Positions 1 to 12,350 of a DNA stretch of 64,000 nt are shown here, one piece after another. The position numbers were made by a program, and so were the translations under genes. Position 1 is the first letter of the stretch; each line of letters begins with the position of its first letter. The stretch is from Oopsacas minuta. Taxonomy: Eukaryota; Animalia; Porifera. A model generated the notes under the pieces. The model ran no database searches. It was not told the origin of the DNA and worked only from the letters and a program-made list of their open reading frames with translations. The stretch is taken from contig JAKMXF010000332.1 of the NCBI GenBank assembly GCA_024704765.1, positions 354,018-418,017 of the forward strand, in the 5' to 3' direction.

Positions 1-37
1 CTTGTATACTTTTCAGATAGCAGTAGCTAAATTATCT

Positions 38-2080
38 ATGGATTCCTTCGTTACCAAATCCTCAATACAGTTATCAAGGCGTCATATTCGTGCAATAACA
101 GTTTTTCAGTTCCAACTTTAGAAATCAATAAAAGAATGTCACTAAATTTCTGTACAGCCTTTCCAAATAACAAGGTATCTGCGACAACAGTGAAAAGATG
201 GTACAAAGAATTTAAGTATGGGAATTTTCATCTTGAAGACCAACCCCACCCTGGACACCCCTCGCTGTTACAGAGGGAATTGTTGAGTCAATTGAGGACA
301 TGGTGATAGCAGACCCAAATGTTACATATTAGAGGATTCAACACGAAATTAGCATTTCATCCGGGGCAGTGCACACTGTTTTACACCAATCCCTTTAGCT
401 ACGTAAACTTTGTGCCCGCTGGATCCCATATCAGCTTCATCCTGTGCAGAAGCAGAATCGAGTGAAATGGTGCCATGAAATGCTTCAAAAATTCAAAAAT
501 GGCAACAGTAGAGATATTTCCAAGATAATAACTGGTGATGAAACATGGATCTATCACTATGATCCAGAAACAAAGCAGCGGAGCCGTCAATGGTGTGAAA
601 TTGGAGCAAGTCCCACAACAAAGGTTCGCAGAACTCAATACACAAAGAAACTAATGTAGGCAATTATTTGGAATACAACGGGTGTTAAAACTGTTGTACC
701 CCTTGAACCTGGTAAGACAATTAATTCAACCTGGTATCAGAGTTGCTTGCCTCTAGTCATAAAAGCAATAAATTTACAGCGTCCTGGCACAGGATTAAGG
801 GGAAATTTTTTGCACGACGATAATGCCAGTTCTCATACATCAAAAATGACAAGACAATTCATTGAAGAATCAGGACTATATATGTTGCCACATCCTCCTT
901 ATTCTCCAGATCTACCACCTGCGACTTCTGGCTCTTTCCTAGAATAAAAAATAGCTTAAAGGCAGAAATTTTTCATTGAATTCTGAACTTGAGGGGGCCC
1001 ACAGAGAAGTGATCGGAGACATTAACGAAAATGAATTTAAAGAAGCTATTCAAGCTTGGTTTAAACGAATGGACAAATGTATTCAAGCTAAGGGATGCTA
1101 TTTCGAAAAATTATAGTAAAATAAATATACAGTGGAACCTCGAGAACTGGGGCACGACCAGTAGCCTGAAAAAATGCCCCAGTTCGCGAGAGTCTTTAAA
1201 ATGTACCCACATTTCCAAACGCAACGCATAGGCGATAGATATACAGTTCACATTAAGCATTCACAGTTACAGTAATCACCAGTCAAGTTACTATCATTGT
1301 ACAGAATCGTTGAAGAACTCAGTGATGCTCGTCTGACGAAGCTCAGAGGCCATTCGGTCTGTGATTAGTTGGCTGTACCACTACAGGTCAATCTTGAGGT
1401 GATCTGGTATTTCGCCTTGTTCGTTCCTGAGCTTTTGATATCATCCTTCTGCTGCCGCTTCAACCTGCCGACGGTCCCTTTGCTAGTTCCAATCTCTTTG
1501 GCTATCGCTCGTTCGGCCAAGCCTTCCTCGGACAGTTTGAGGATCTTCGAACGCTGTTCGAGGTTAAGATGTGGTTTGGATGAAGACATACAGGAGATAT
1601 AGAATGACTAATAAAAAAATACCGGGGAGACGTCGAATGTGTGCATTATTCAGTTCATGTTACAAAATGAACATGAACTACGTGGTATAATGAAGATGAA
1701 TATTCATTTCTTGAAACAAACATGCGCAGTGCTCAAACCTTAGTTTAGAATTTGGAGAAAAATCGAAAAGATTGTGTTGAAAAATTGAGATGATGACAAC
1801 ACACACACATATACTCACATATAATCACACACTATCACAGAGAGAGAGAGAGAGAACATAGAAACAAAAAATGTTATCAAAACAAAGCGCCCCATTTCGC
1901 GAAATCGCGCTCCACTCCGCGAAGGTAATATGTTAGGAACGGAACCAAAATGTCAAAAATTTCGGGTCAACTGCCCCACTTCAGGAGGTGTCCCACTACG
2001 CGGGCGCTCCAGTTCTCGAGGTTCCACTGTAGATTGATGCTTTTTGATACTTAGGCTCAAAGGTTATTGAATACCCCTAG
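38..2080 (+). mobile_element. Degenerate mariner (Tc1/mariner DD34D) element; transposase 38-1116 with stops/frameshifts; right TIR ends at 2080; interrupted by a nested pogo-like element
   Basis: Motifs 'TVKRWYKEFK', 'IITGDETWIYHYDPETK', 'LHDDNASSHTS', 'PHPPYSPDL', 'GCYFEKL*'. Mariner-type TIR ggttattgaatacccctag followed by TA at 2081-2082. No left TIR seen upstream of 38. Confidence 0.85.
1130..2029 (-). mobile_element. Internally deleted pogo/Tigger-like element (900 bp) with residual N-terminal HTH ORF (1365-1589)
   Basis: Perfect 21-bp TIRs CAGTGGAACCTCGAGAACTGG (1130-1150; 2009-2029) flanked by TA on both sides. ORF 'LNLEQRSKILKLSEEGLAERAIAKEIGTSKGTVGRLKRQ' resembles a psq/CENP-B HTH. 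Confidence 0.85.
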
Positions 2081-3058
2081 TATGAGTTAAGTCATCGCAG
2101 CATTACGTCACTAAGACTGCTATAATCGAATAATGCCTGCCAATCTGTGTATACATTAATTGGGAAGCTACAAACTTTATTGCAAATGAAGAAGACAAAT
2201 GGAAGTTCAGCTCGCCTGTAAACTAGACCTGAATATTCTAATGTTATTATCAGTAGTGGCCATAATTTATAATACGTCAAATACTCGCACTAAATTTTGA
2301 ATATTTCGCTATTCCTAGTGATAATAATATTTAGTTTTCGAAGGGGCTAGATATCTCCATCGATCGTTTCTAATGATATGTATCGTTTCGTAGCTCATAT
2401 ATACACAGATTACAATTTACATCGAATATTCGATTAGTGTAGTCTCATTGAAGGAATGCTGTGCAACGTAACACATCTCACACTTTTGGCCATATATCTA
2501 AAATATTCAACAAATCAATTCGCATTCTTCAGGATGCATGCATACTAACATTTAGAAGCAGTAGAATAAATAGATAATTGTTTAGAAATTAGGAAAATAC
2601 GGCGTCGGAAGGAAAGAGTTTTGCCGCGGCCAATTGATTATTGTATCAAAAGGATATTTTTCAAATTTGTTAACTTTGGAATGGAATATGAGAGTCCATA
2701 TTGGAACAGTGAATGGAAATACATTGTTCTCCGGATAAGGCGTTTACCGATAGAATGATGCTTACGCTGACCGCCCGACGCTTGAAAACATTTGACAACG
2801 TCAAAAGTGGTAACTTAGTTATTTTATTGACACAGAGGCTTGGTTTACTGCATCGGCTAGGCCCACTATCGGCTGATTCGTTACATATGGGTACTGAATA
2901 TACAGAGGCACTCCAATTTTAGAATCTTATCCTTGTCCCATCTTGCCGTATTTAGTGTGATAACAGTGGGTTGTGCTCCATGGTCCGGGAAATCTCCCAA
3001 ATTCAGATATGTTATAATCTAGATATACCTGATCTGTCGTTATGGCTCAGCCTTTCTA

Positions 3059-3332
3059 CAGGGGCGCAGATGGACCCCTTCTCACTCTCGTGATCTATAG
3101 TAATGAAATAAACAATATCAAATCACATTCTGTGGAAAGATAAGTTTCACAAATAAATTACTGGTGATTATTGAACCTATAGTATTTCACTAAATATCCA
3201 TTTAGCAAGAAATATTAAGGCGTATGTGAATATTCGTGTTAGACAATATATACCCACACAAGGTAATGCACCCCTTACGAGTTGTTCAGGCCACCCTCGC
3301 GCCACTCGTAAAAGATGCTGGCTGCGCCCCTG
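3059..3332. mobile_element. hAT-type MITE (274 bp)
   Basis: Perfect 11-bp TIR CAGGGGCGCAG / CTGCGCCCCTG. Putative 8-bp TSD is poorly conserved (cctttcta vs cttggtta). Confidence 0.6.
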
Positions 3333-3834
3333 CTTGGTTATCAATATACAACTAATTGCTTTTGAAAATTTATTATTACCTGGGTTGCAACCGACAAAAA
3401 GCTACTATGCTGATACTGATGCTCATTTGGGCAGAATATTGTCCATTCTGTCGGAATAAGCATCAGTATCCGGTAAGGCTGCAATTCACGAATAGTTGTA
3501 TTAATTTCTTTGAAAAATTAGTTCTCAAAATCAATGATGTCCCGTGTAAACAAGCCCAAAATATGCGAATATTTTGGCCGATTTCAGGGCTGAATATTAA
3601 ATTTGGTTTCATACCCCTGCATAAATTGTAAGGAATTGAATAGTTTTGCAAATGAAATAATCTCCAACGTAAATATTATTGGTTTGGGATTGAATAAACC
3701 ATGATGGTTTTAAACGCAAAATAGTGAAAGTATACACGTATTTAATTAGAGAAGTTGCCAAGATTTTGACCTAGAGGGGCAAAGAAATTACCAGGGGGGT
3801 GCATGAAGATTCCAAAGGGCAAATCGATGGGCAA

Positions 3835-4260
3835 GTTGTTTCACGGGTTTAGCTGGAGCATTCCGAGTGGCGGATCAATAAATTTTATTTAGGTGGAACC
3901 ATCCAGCTGGACAGTTGCGTCGTGTGGCTTTGAGATATGGGGGGCACGAATTCAATCTGGTTGTCAACAAGTTCTAGATGTTTCCTACCAGATTGAACTT
4001 GTGCACCCCAGATTTCAGAGCCTATGGGCGCTGTAAACAATTAGTAAGGTCTAAGAGCCAAGCAATTGAAAGAAATAACGTTTGGTCTGCAATTGCCCCA
4101 GAAATTGTTTTTTTTTGGTCGAGTAATGCGTAGCTCGGAGAATTCTTTTGGGCCCAGTCATATATGCATGACGATACTGCAGTTGGGTGTCTGGTGTGCT
4201 GTAGGTCTTCCAGTCATGACAGGGCGTAGCCCTTGGACAAAAAGCTATAATAGCTACTAC
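3835..4260 (+). repeat. Dispersed repeat, diverged copy of 18090-18450 (opposite strand)
   Basis: Collinear shared blocks, e.g. ggggcacgaattcaatctg / ggaggcacaaattcaatctg, aaataacgtttggtctgca, cccagtcatat, cc(t)tggaca. Confidence 0.7.
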
Positions 4261-4849
4261 ATTAATTACCTTTGTCAGTGCGTGGCAGTTCACGTAGGTT
4301 TGAATCTTGAAACAATTTCTCATAACTGCAATACACATTTAATTTGATTATTTTCAGATTGGCTTTGTACTTTGCGTATATGATTAAGAGGGATACATTT
4401 CAGGGTTCTCCAGGAATTTGTTAAGGCGTATCGGTTTATAGCTCAGATGCCTGGAGGAATTTTTACCAGCCATAGCTCAATGTCAAAGTTTTATTTTAGG
4501 ATTAAATAGTGAAATCTTTTAACAAACAACGAGAAGTTATCAATAATTATTATATCAATGGAGGCATCTACTGGATAATCGTACGATAATCTTTGATATT
4601 ATAACTTGTATAGTCAATTCTACCTTTGACTGTGCCGACTATACTTTAGTATAGTGGCCAAGTATTTAAATGGGTGCTTATATTGTTTTAACAACTGAAG
4701 GGATACTGGCCCGATAGGCCAAAACTGCCTGGGGAAACACTGCATTTGCTCATGGTATAAACAATAAAAAATACTACCTAGTTCGGTAGATCAATGCAAG
4801 CCATATCACTTATTTATGGGTGAGATTGAATAATATAGAGGGTAAGATC

Positions 4850-5072
4850 TGCGCGAAGCACGCCGAAATATACCAGTTTGCAATTTAAGTCGAGGAGTCC
4901 GGTAGTATGCCCAGTGCACGAGTTTACCAGGGAGGCATGCCCGAAGGTCATGAGTTTACCAGAGCTGCATGCCCAGGAGCAAGGGTTTACCAGGGGGGGG
5001 GCATTGCCCCGGGGCACGGACTTTTACCAGGGGGGGCCATTGCCCCCTATACCTCCCGTGGCGACGTCCCTG
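4850..5072. repeat. ~30-bp G-rich tandem repeat at the end of a hAT-like MITE
   Basis: About 4-5 units of (g)agtttaccaggg...gcat(g/t)gccc, ending in GCGACGTCCCTG. A related end occurs at 18970-19051. Confidence 0.6.
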
Positions 5073-7265
5073 TATTTGATCCACTCAATAATCTTTCACA
5101 GATGAATAACAAACAAGTACAAGGTAATTAATGTTTCGGAAATTATTGCAGCGGCGTTTCCGACGCCCCTGAACATTAACATAAGATGCCTTGTATTTAC
5201 AAATTGTAGAAGAGTTATTGTAATTTTCATTTATCAATAATAAATTTAAACATTCACAGTAATTGTAACATAGTGAATATGATTAGATTCAGAATAATCC
5301 CGTAATTAGGGAGAAAATAATCATGTTATCAAAGTTAAGGTGGGGAACTTTGATTTAAAGGAGAACTGGTTGCTTAACGAGTTTACGAAATATAAAGTTT
5401 TCGAATTATACACATAAATATTCTATTGCATCTATATAGACAATCTGAGAGTGCAAATGTACCGAGGATGCCGAAAGTATAATACATTAGATTAAAGAAA
5501 ACAAAAGAACAGAAACACACCCCAACCTGATTAGATTATTGTTTAAAATATACACATATTTATTGGTTCAAATTTCAATTTGTAAATAATCTCAAACAAT
5601 TAATCATAAAATATTTCGACTTGTCCTCACACTTTAAAATACAGTGTAGTGGATCCTCTCTTAGATTTAAATTCAAATTATTCTGCTTTAAGAGAAATGG
5701 AAATGTGACTTAGTAAGCAGGGCGTAGCCATGAAAATACAAGTGGTCCGGTTGAATACAGCACAAACAAGGCAAAGTGGGCAGGTTAACTTGTACAACTG
5801 GACCAATTGGTGAATTATTGGCAAATTTGGTAGCAAAATCGGTCAGATTGAAAGATGACCAACCGGACCGATTACTACGGTCCTGATAAATCATATAAAA
5901 GTGTGACTCTAGCCAGGGCTATAATTCTAAGCCAATGATATTTTCAAATATTCGTCCAGAGGTGGGTTAGAAGTATACCCAGAACGTAAGAAGGATCTAA
6001 ATCGATCTCAGATAGTAGTTATGTGTTGAGATCAGGTCAATAGTAGGACGGAATATTATCATACGTATGTCTCAAAGAAATACAAAAAAAGCTTGTTAAC
6101 TAAGAGCTTACTACATTTCTATCCTCGGGACTGGTTAAATACCGTTAATTAAAAATTAGATGAAACCGACTATAACCTGACCAACCTGACTGAGTAATCG
6201 GGTTAACTTGACCAACCTGACTGAGTGGTACCAAATTCAGTACCAAAAGTGGTCAGGTTGAAACCTGGCCAACCTGATCAGTGGCTACTGTCTTGGTAAG
6301 TGATTGCCTTTGCTATCAAATCAAAAATTTAGCTCATCTGTAATTATACTCTACAATAATTGATTATAATTACCTAAAATCCACTTGTATATCGAGCTCA
6401 TGCATAAAGAGAAAGAATTGCCATTATTATCATTGGGGTAAGTTGATTGAAAATATATGCCATTTATTAGAATAAGAGTCAGGATTTCTGAATTTGAATC
6501 AGTACAGTTCGTTCTCACAACAGAATTAAGTAATCTGAAAATTACAATTGCAGAATTAGCACTGTAGTATATTGTTCTATTTATGAATCTCCCTTATACT
6601 TGATGTCAATGAATAATGCTAAGATATAGCACCATTAATGATCTACCCTTATAAATAAGGTTAGTACTTATGCCATAAGTGTCCACATCGTAAAGGTCAG
6701 CAGTTACCCATTTCTCTGGATTCAGGTCACAAGCATTCACATAGTTAATATTTATGCGCGTTAAGATGTTTCTGCATGACTAGATCATGTAAATGTAGTT
6801 TACTACACAAGGCAGGAATATAGCCACTATTTCAATTGTATTAATCAAGGAAGTACTTACATTACTGTACTTGCTTTGATTTCCAGATAGTATATGCGAT
6901 CTAGCTCGAAATAAACTGCTACCATCACTAATTCCGGAGACTAGCCTAAAGTTAAAAGGAGACTGTAAATTAGCACGCAAATTTATTATAATATGATGAA
7001 GAAGGTATTCTAACACCTACAAATCGCTTGATCTAATAGGAATATGCTGTAGGTTAATGCTATCAGCCAATGCTCTTCGCATGGACTCTGTAAATCGGTT
7101 TAAAGAAATACTAATAGTAGATAGAATTGGTCATAGGATTAATACATAAATAAGTTCCAAATTAATATTCGAACTTTGTGTAGACGGAGCAGAGTCCATA
7201 ATTGCCTAGGATTCTCATGCAGATAGTCTAAACTATCTACCAAATATATCATAAAGGCCTTGTGA

Positions 7266-10200
7266 CAGGGGCGTTCCGTGACCATTTTGAGTGGGGGGGG
7301 TGTAACTTCATGGATTTACCGACGAACTTACATGCTCTATTCGTGGAGGCAGATACATCATATATTTCACAAATTCCCTGACCTGAAATAGGGATTGAGC
7401 AGGAGTCGAATTTGTGTATCGCAAGTAATACTGTTGAGCCACCCGAAGGGCGGCTTAGACGGACGCGTAGCGTTCACAAACCGCGCAGCGAGAGCCAGCG
7501 AAGCGGCTCGTAAATGTGTAAATCTGCGTAATTAAGTAAAAGATAATTAAGGTTTATTAAGTTCTAAAAAGGAATCTTTATTCTAAATTTTGATTTTCCT
7601 TGTCTTGCAAATGAACCATGAGCCAGCCAGGTTATCTAAGTCGAGGTTGTCCAAAATGTCTTTTGCAGAGGATATAATCATTAGGTCGTCAAGACGATTT
7701 TCTTTCATCGTTGATCTAAGATAGTTTTTTACCAGCCTTAATGTGCTGAAGGAACGCTCATTACTTGCAACAGATACTGGTATCGTCAGCGCTAATTGAT
7801 AAGCTTTTGCGAGGGTAGGGTAAAAACGTTTATACCCGAGGAGACACTTCGCTGCTTCCCGTAAATTCTTTGCATCACTCTTCTCGATGTCATTTCCCAT
7901 CATTTCGATGTCTGCTAACAATGCATCCGGATTATTCAAATCATCAGGGAATGTTGCGCACAACTTTTCGACTTGTTGCATTGTGCACTTTGCTATATTA
8001 TTCGGGAGCAATATGGTCACAGGAAGGACAATGTTTGTCAGATGTTCGTTAACTTCTTCCATATCTGAAACTAGACGGTCAACTACTTTAACCATCTCCT
8101 GTCTGTAGTGCTGGTTAAATAGCGGTGCTGGTGCACTAGCATTCTCCGTGTTCTCGTGAAAGCGTATGGGTAGTTTTCGCCGACGATGCTTCTTCAAAAA
8201 CTCGTAATCAACGTCAATGCCAACTGATTTGCATTTATCTGCAGCTGCTGAGATAATGCCATCTAGGCCAACATTATCTTCACGTATACGAAGCATTGCA
8301 TCTCTTGTATGGCGCATCACATCTAGGCTTGCTAGGATATCTTGATCAATTTCTTGGACCTCAAGAACGACAATCTTCGTTTTATACATGATGTTCTTCA
8401 TGAATAATAGGCTTAAATAAAATTCAAATGACTTGATCCTATCCAACAGATTCACTGAAGTCCTTCGAGCATCACGATCACCGCCCTCAAAATTATTTAT
8501 GTCATCGAGGGTGTCAATTACGATTTCGTAGCTGATCCACACAGCTCTAATAGACTCTGCTCTGCCAATCCAACGCGTTTTAGAAAGATTCTTCATTATG
8601 AGCCCTTCTTGCAAAGATTCAATATTCTTTTTCAATTTACCAAACCGACTTGTACTCCTCGTCAGAAAGTTATACATATCTTGCAATGTAAAAAAGAACT
8701 CGTCTATCATCAACGATACTTTGCACGAATGCTCGACGCAGAGATTTGTTTTATGGCCCATGCACGTTATGTAGGGAATTGTCCGCCCTAGATGCTCACT
8801 TAACTTAGCCTGTGCTCCGTTATATGCGCCAGACATAGAAGCAGTTGTGTCATAGCACTGGAATCGTACACTTGTGAGAGGAAGCTGTAATTCTTCCAAC
8901 ATCTTAATCACTTTTTGAGCAAAACCATCTCCAGTTTTGTCGTTTATCTCTGATATCATAAGAAGTCGCTCTTCAATTTGAAACTGCTCATTAACGAAAC
9001 GAAGTATTAGAGAAATTTGATCCACGTGACCAATATCAGGCGTTGTATCGGCCATTACTGCGTAGACGCCAGATGAACGTACTTGTTCAGTTAAAATTTT
9101 GCGAGTTTCACTACCTAAGATACTAATAAACTCATTCTGTGATTTGGCACTTAAGTAGGTAACATGGTATGGACGGGAATGGGGAGTAACAATCCAATTT
9201 TTCATAAATGGAATCCAACGTGAGACGAGGTTGACTATTTGTCTGAAATTTCCATTGATATCATTATCACTACCACGAAACGCTAGAGCCTGTCTTGATA
9301 AATACCGGCAACAGTCTAAAAGCACGTTTATAACTTTTCTGTTTTGTAGACGTTCTTGTTCCTCTTGTGCAAGCTGTTTCTTTCTAGCACTACTTATCAC
9401 CACATCTACATGAGTGCTTTCCAGCTTAAAACTTCGCAATCTTTCGGCTGCTAAACGATGAGAAGAGCTGTTAAAGTGCTCAAATAGTTTACCTTTTTTG
9501 TTTTTACCACGGCTTTTCATCTTATCCCAACGATTGACTCCATCATGTGACCAGCTTGTTTCTGTACATGATGATCGTGGGTTATTACCAAACAAACTGC
9601 AGGCGAAACAGAATGCTCTATCCAGTGAGGGACTGTATTCTAAATAGGGTAACGTCTCGTACCATTTCGAGCTGAATGGATTCTGCTTGGATTTGGAAAT
9701 CGCTTTATTACACGGGTAGTCCTTAAAAAGTGGTTGATAAGATCCCTTGGATATCAGGAAATGTTTCTGTTGATCATTCAGTTGGATTCCTTTACGTTCA
9801 GCTGGATCATTGCTGATAACACAAGATTCAGTTCCAGCCGTTATCGAGGGCGTAACATTCACTTTCTCTGCTTGAATACTGATTGCTTTTTCAGTTGAAC
9901 TGAGGAGAAAATGAGACTTGTCATTCAATTCTGAGGCAAAATCTTCAACTGACGACATAAATATAACTTCACAGTAACCTTCACCTTCAAATGATTCGTA
10001 CAGTGCTTTTCCCTTTTCTAATAACTCAATGATATCTCCTACCATGCCAGCTATTTCATAGTCTACTTTGGTAGCCGAAGAATTCAGTGGTTGTTCAATC
10101 TATATTAATATAAAAAATAAATACTTCCACTACTACCAAAAATCATGGATGACTCATGAGTGAGATAATTAATAATGACTTACCATTGGACAGGTTGCAT

Positions 10201-10695
10201 TCTCCGTCTCAATACAACTTCCATCATCACATAAGCTTCCACAGTCTAAAGAACTACTAGTTTCATCGTGGGCTAGAGAAGTTTCCATGACTATTATGTT
10301 TTCGATATCGCTAATGTCAATCTTTCTTCGTTTCTGTCTATCATCTAAACACATTAGTGATGTAGAGTCTCCATCACAAAGTGATGTCGTTTGAAGACGT
10401 TCAGTACTTAATTCGGTCTTGGAAAACTTTGAAGACGTGCCAGTCGCTACTTCGAAAGTATTCTTTGGTGCACCGAGTACGGAATAAGGAATTACCTTGC
10501 GTGTATTAAGGAAATGTTTGTGAAACTTCAAATTGTGCTTAGTCTTGTAAGCGAACTCCATCTCAAGCTTTAGTGAATTATTTAAAAACTAGAGATTAAT
10601 CGATCAGTTTTACCGACGACCAGGAAATACCGACCAGATAAGCGAAAATGGGGGGTGTTACACCCCCCCACACCCCCTCGCACGGTACGCCCCTG
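7266..10695 (-). mobile_element. Full-length, apparently intact hAT transposon (3430 bp)
   Basis: TIRs CAGGGGCGTTCCGTG (7266-7280) and CACGGTACGCCCCTG (10681-10695), 14/15 match. Identical 8-bp TSD CCTTGTGA at 7258-7265 and 10696-10703. Confidence 0.95.
7583..10561 (-). CDS. hAT transposase (TTF-type zinc finger / DUF4371 / hAT dimerisation domain, ZMYM1-like annotation class); predicted exons 10561-10184 and 10099-7583, 964 aa
   Basis: 820-aa ORF with 'AFCFACSLF', 'VMADTTPD', 'CYDTTASMSG', 'CMGH', 'SKTRW', 'ASNERSFS' (hAT D-D-E, CxxH, W). A phase-0 GTAAGT...TAG intron (10183-10100) joins the 130-aa upstream ORF in frame. The splice is inferred. Confidence 0.9.
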
Positions 10696-12350
10696 CCTTG
10701 TGATCATCAAAGTAGCATTCATAGAAACTACAAGTACTATTCTAATTTCTGGTAAAAGTACAATCTAACTGTGAATCGTAACTGGTAGATACACCAGATA
10801 TCATAATTTGGAAATTTTTTGATACAAATACTCCAAAATTCTATCCCTATTATGAAAATTGTGTATAAATTAAAATTATAATCAGCCGTAAGTGTCTTTA
10901 GAGCTGAGAGGGTGATTATTACCAATATCTCATTATAATCTGATATAAAATCATACAATGATACTTGTGGTGAATTATATGAAGTCACCCGAGTTACACT
11001 TTCATCCAATTGGTTAGGACCAAGAAGTTCAATGACCAAATCTTTATCAACTCTCTATTATAACAACTTGTAAATTGCAATATAGATTTACATTCAGCCG
11101 ATTCTTGTGTATATGTGTGCCAGTACCAGAAGTAGCCTGACTATCCACTCTACTAACTTAAGAAAGACCAGAGATATTTAATACAACATTCTTTATCGTC
11201 ATAGTTTCCTGTAAACTAACACATGTGTCCCAAATATCAATGATTCAGATAGTGAGTCTTGACAATGGGTTTTCAAAGAGCGAACATGATGATAAATAGT
11301 AGGACTTATTGATTGTATTGACCATATAAGATCATTGTTCATTCATTATCTTAAGTTCTCGAACAACGGGATCTGTCACTGAAATGTTGTTAGTTAAATT
11401 TGAATTACCAACAAATTATAACCAGAATCAGACTTAGCAATACTAATAGTAGTATATAACGTATTACGCGAGACATAAATGGACAAATACGCATTCATAA
11501 GTATCAACTTGGCTCTATGAATGGTGAGAGCTTCGGCTACAATGAAAGAAAATTGTTTTCTAACAATTCAATAATAACTCACGCCTTTCCCTTGTTAAAA
11601 ACGTGTAGTTTCCAATCCAATGGGAGTCCATTGGTACAATCTCGAAGGTAACGACTTTCGAGTTTTTCGCTTATTTTCCCAACTGTTGGATTGTCAAATT
11701 CCATTCAAAGGATACAGGGAATGCGTTCTTTGGTATCACTCTTGGTATCATACTTTATCTTCCAAAGGATATCTCACAGTGGGCTTTTTGCTGGAAATAG
11801 CATGAAATTTTTACCCCCTCAGAATTGTATTTCCTTATTATCATTGAATTCACAATCCTTTCAAACCTAGAAATTAGTAATTTCATTCTGATTCAACAAG
11901 TAAATTGGTTGTTATGGTGATGAATATTTGCGGCTTCTTGTTATTGGAATTTCTGTTGTGTGGTATATCAAAATCGATCAAGTTTCATAGTTATATTTTT
12001 AGCACTTGTAACTAAGAAGAAAGAATTCCTTTACAATAATGAAACATTCATATTTCAATTATCTAATTTACATCTTGAAATGTCGTTTGGTTTCTAACTT
12101 TCTATTCTAAAACTAGATAAAACGCGATGACTATTTAGGACATTTTTTTTCGGCGTCCACAGGATATTTTATGCTGAAACTTGTTGTGGCGTTTCGTTGT
12201 GTGAACTCTCACTGGTCTTAAAATGTAGGTTGTAATAATAAATTCAAAAAATATAATAGTTTAGACCCGCCGGAGGGCGCCCAAAGTATCAAGCATTCAT
12301 TTGAATGGGTGTAACTTTAATGTAAAATTTCCCTATGAAATATTAGCATT

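Noticed and set aside
4814-5131. Overlapping Gly/Pro-rich ORFs
   Set aside because: Translations of the 30-bp G-rich minisatellite, with no evidence of coding.
5718-5885. Complete hAT MITE (CAGGGCGTAG ... CTACGGTCCTG)
   Set aside because: The ends are only loosely complementary and the 8-bp flanks do not match, so it is not listed as a defined element.
7583-10045. Host ZMYM1-like gene
   Set aside because: It is enclosed by TIRs and a perfect TSD, so it is a transposon rather than a domesticated gene.
11775-11802. RSS-like CACAGTG as the left end of the Transib/RAG-like element
   Set aside because: The nonamer position matches only 4/9. The candidate partner (cattgtg near 15306) shares no further TIR sequence and the 5-bp flanks differ.
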